In this document: positions 62,507-64,000 of the stretch, piece by piece | How the letters are laid out: each line of letters starts with the position of its first letter | Numbering within the stretch: the stretch's first letter is position 1 | The notes under the pieces: generated by a model | Databases searched by the model: none | The model's input: only the letters and a program-made list of their open reading frames with translations | Told to the model about the DNA's origin: nothing | Translations under genes and position numbers: made by a program | NCBI RefSeq assembly: GCF_963921235.1 | Contig: NC_086097.1 | Coordinates: 42,286,001 to 42,350,000 of the forward strand | Direction of reading: 5' to 3' | DNA: 64,000 bases | Source: Mobula hypostoma | Lineage: Eukaryota

Positions 62507-63850
62507 AGATCTCGCTGAAAACCATGATAGCTTTCCTCACTATCCACTACACCCCTAATCTTGGTGTCACCTGCAAATTTGCAGATCCAGTTAACCACAT
62601 TATCATCCAGATCATTGATACAGATGACAAACAACAACGGACCCAGCACCAATCCCTGCGGCACTCTACTAGTCACAGGCCTCCAGTCAGAGGGGCAACC
62701 CTCTACAACCACTCTTTGGCTTCTCCCACAAAACAAGTATCTAATCCAATTTACAACCTCATCCTGAATGCTCAGCGACCGTAAGTTCTTAACCAGCATC
62801 CCATGCGGGACTTTGTCAAATGCCTTGTCAAAATTCCATGTAGGCAACATCTACTGCCTTGCCTTCATCAGCTTTCCTGGTAATTTCTTTGGTTAGACTT
62901 GACCTACCATGCATGAAGACATGCTGACTATCCTTAATCACGCCATGTCTGTCCAAATATTTAAATATCCAGTCTTCAGAATGCCTTCCAATAACTTCCC
63001 CGAAATGGATGTCAGACTCACCAGCCTATAATTTTCTGGTTTATGTTAGAGTCTTTCTTAAACAGCAGAACAGCATTGTCTATCCTCCAATACTCTGGTA
63101 CCTCTCCTGTCGCCAAGGATGATTTAAATATCTCTGCTAGGGCCTTGGCAATTTCTGCCTCCCATAGGGTCCCAGGGAACACCTTGTAGGGCCTGGGGAT
63201 TTATTCACCCTAATTTGCCTCAGGACAGCAAACACCTCCTCTGTAATCTAGATAGGCTCCATGAAGTTGATTCCCCTTTGCCTCACTTCTATAGTCTCTG
63301 TCCATCTCCTGAGTAAATACAGATGCAAAATATTTAAGATCGCCCCCATCTCTTTTGGCTCCATATATGGATTAACATTCTGATCTTCCAGAGGACCAAT
63401 TTTGTCCCTTACAATCTTTATGCTCCTAACGTATCTGTAAAATCCCGTAGGATTCTCCTTCATCTTGTCTGCCAGGGCAACTTCATGCCTTCTTTTAGCC
63501 TTCCTGATTTCTTTCTTAAGTGTTCTCTTGTATTTCTTATACTCCATAAGCACCTCATTTGTTCTTACCTGCCTATACCTGCTAGGCATCTCCTTTTTCT
63601 CATAACCAGCCTCAATATTTCCTGAAAACCAACATTCCCTGAACTTGTTATCTTTACCTTTAACTCTGACAGGCACATACAATCTCTGTACTCTCAAAAC
63701 TTCACTTTTGAAGGCCTCTCAGTTGCGAAGTGCACCTCTGCCAGCAAACAGCCTGTCCCAATCCACACATGACGTATCATTTCTGATACCATCAAGATTG
63801 GTCTTACTCCAATTCAGAATCTTAATCCACGGACCAGACTTATCTTTTCA
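62507..63850 (-). mobile_element. CR1 ORF2 (linker + RT), upstream part of the 58555-59514 copy
   Basis: KENPTGFYRYV, DKAFDKVPHG, VPQGLVLGPLLF, KFAGDTK, HGFQRDL. Confidence 0.9.
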
Positions 63851-64000
63851 TTGTGATCACTAGATGCAAAGACACAAACCTCTGTCACCTGCACTCTCCC
63901 ATTCCCTAATAGCAGATCAAGTGTCGCACACACCTATGGATACTGCACAATCAGAATGGTAACAGCTGTGAAATGGAGGAAGGATTGTCCTAAGTCCTCC

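Noticed and set aside
1..64000. ORF-track entries as host genes
   Set aside because: All recognisable ORFs are transposon fragments or their antisense/alternative frames; no consistent exon chain was found.

Overview
This is eukaryotic, repeat-saturated vertebrate DNA. The repeat families and their tails point to a cartilaginous fish, most likely a ray or skate (inference). No intact host protein-coding gene, rRNA, tRNA gene or CRISPR array is supported. The ORFs I can recognise are all fragments of decayed transposons: CR1 LINEs, Rex1/Babar-type LINEs, Penelope-like elements (PLE, Neptune-type RT + Zn-linker + GIY-YIG), one L1, one RTE, a Gypsy 3' end with its LTR, Tc1/mariner and Tigger DNA elements, and tRNA-derived SINEs. 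These are often nested several levels deep. The most notable signal is a 36-nt minimal type I hammerhead ribozyme (AGTC-CTGAYGA-AGGGTCTCGGCCC-GAAAC-GTC-GACT) in the PLE pseudo-LTR. About a dozen copies are present, four of them with an intact core. The pLTR forms TSD-flanked inverted (fold-back) insertions of about 70 bp to 1.5 kb, including a 252-bp ORF-less palindrome with a hammerhead on each strand. Other observations include a twin-primed (5'-inverted) L1, CR1-tailed composite blocks inserted precisely into other CR1s, and a few AT-rich unique islands that may be conserved non-coding elements or isolated exons. Boundaries of decayed repeats are approximate unless a TSD or TIR is quoted.
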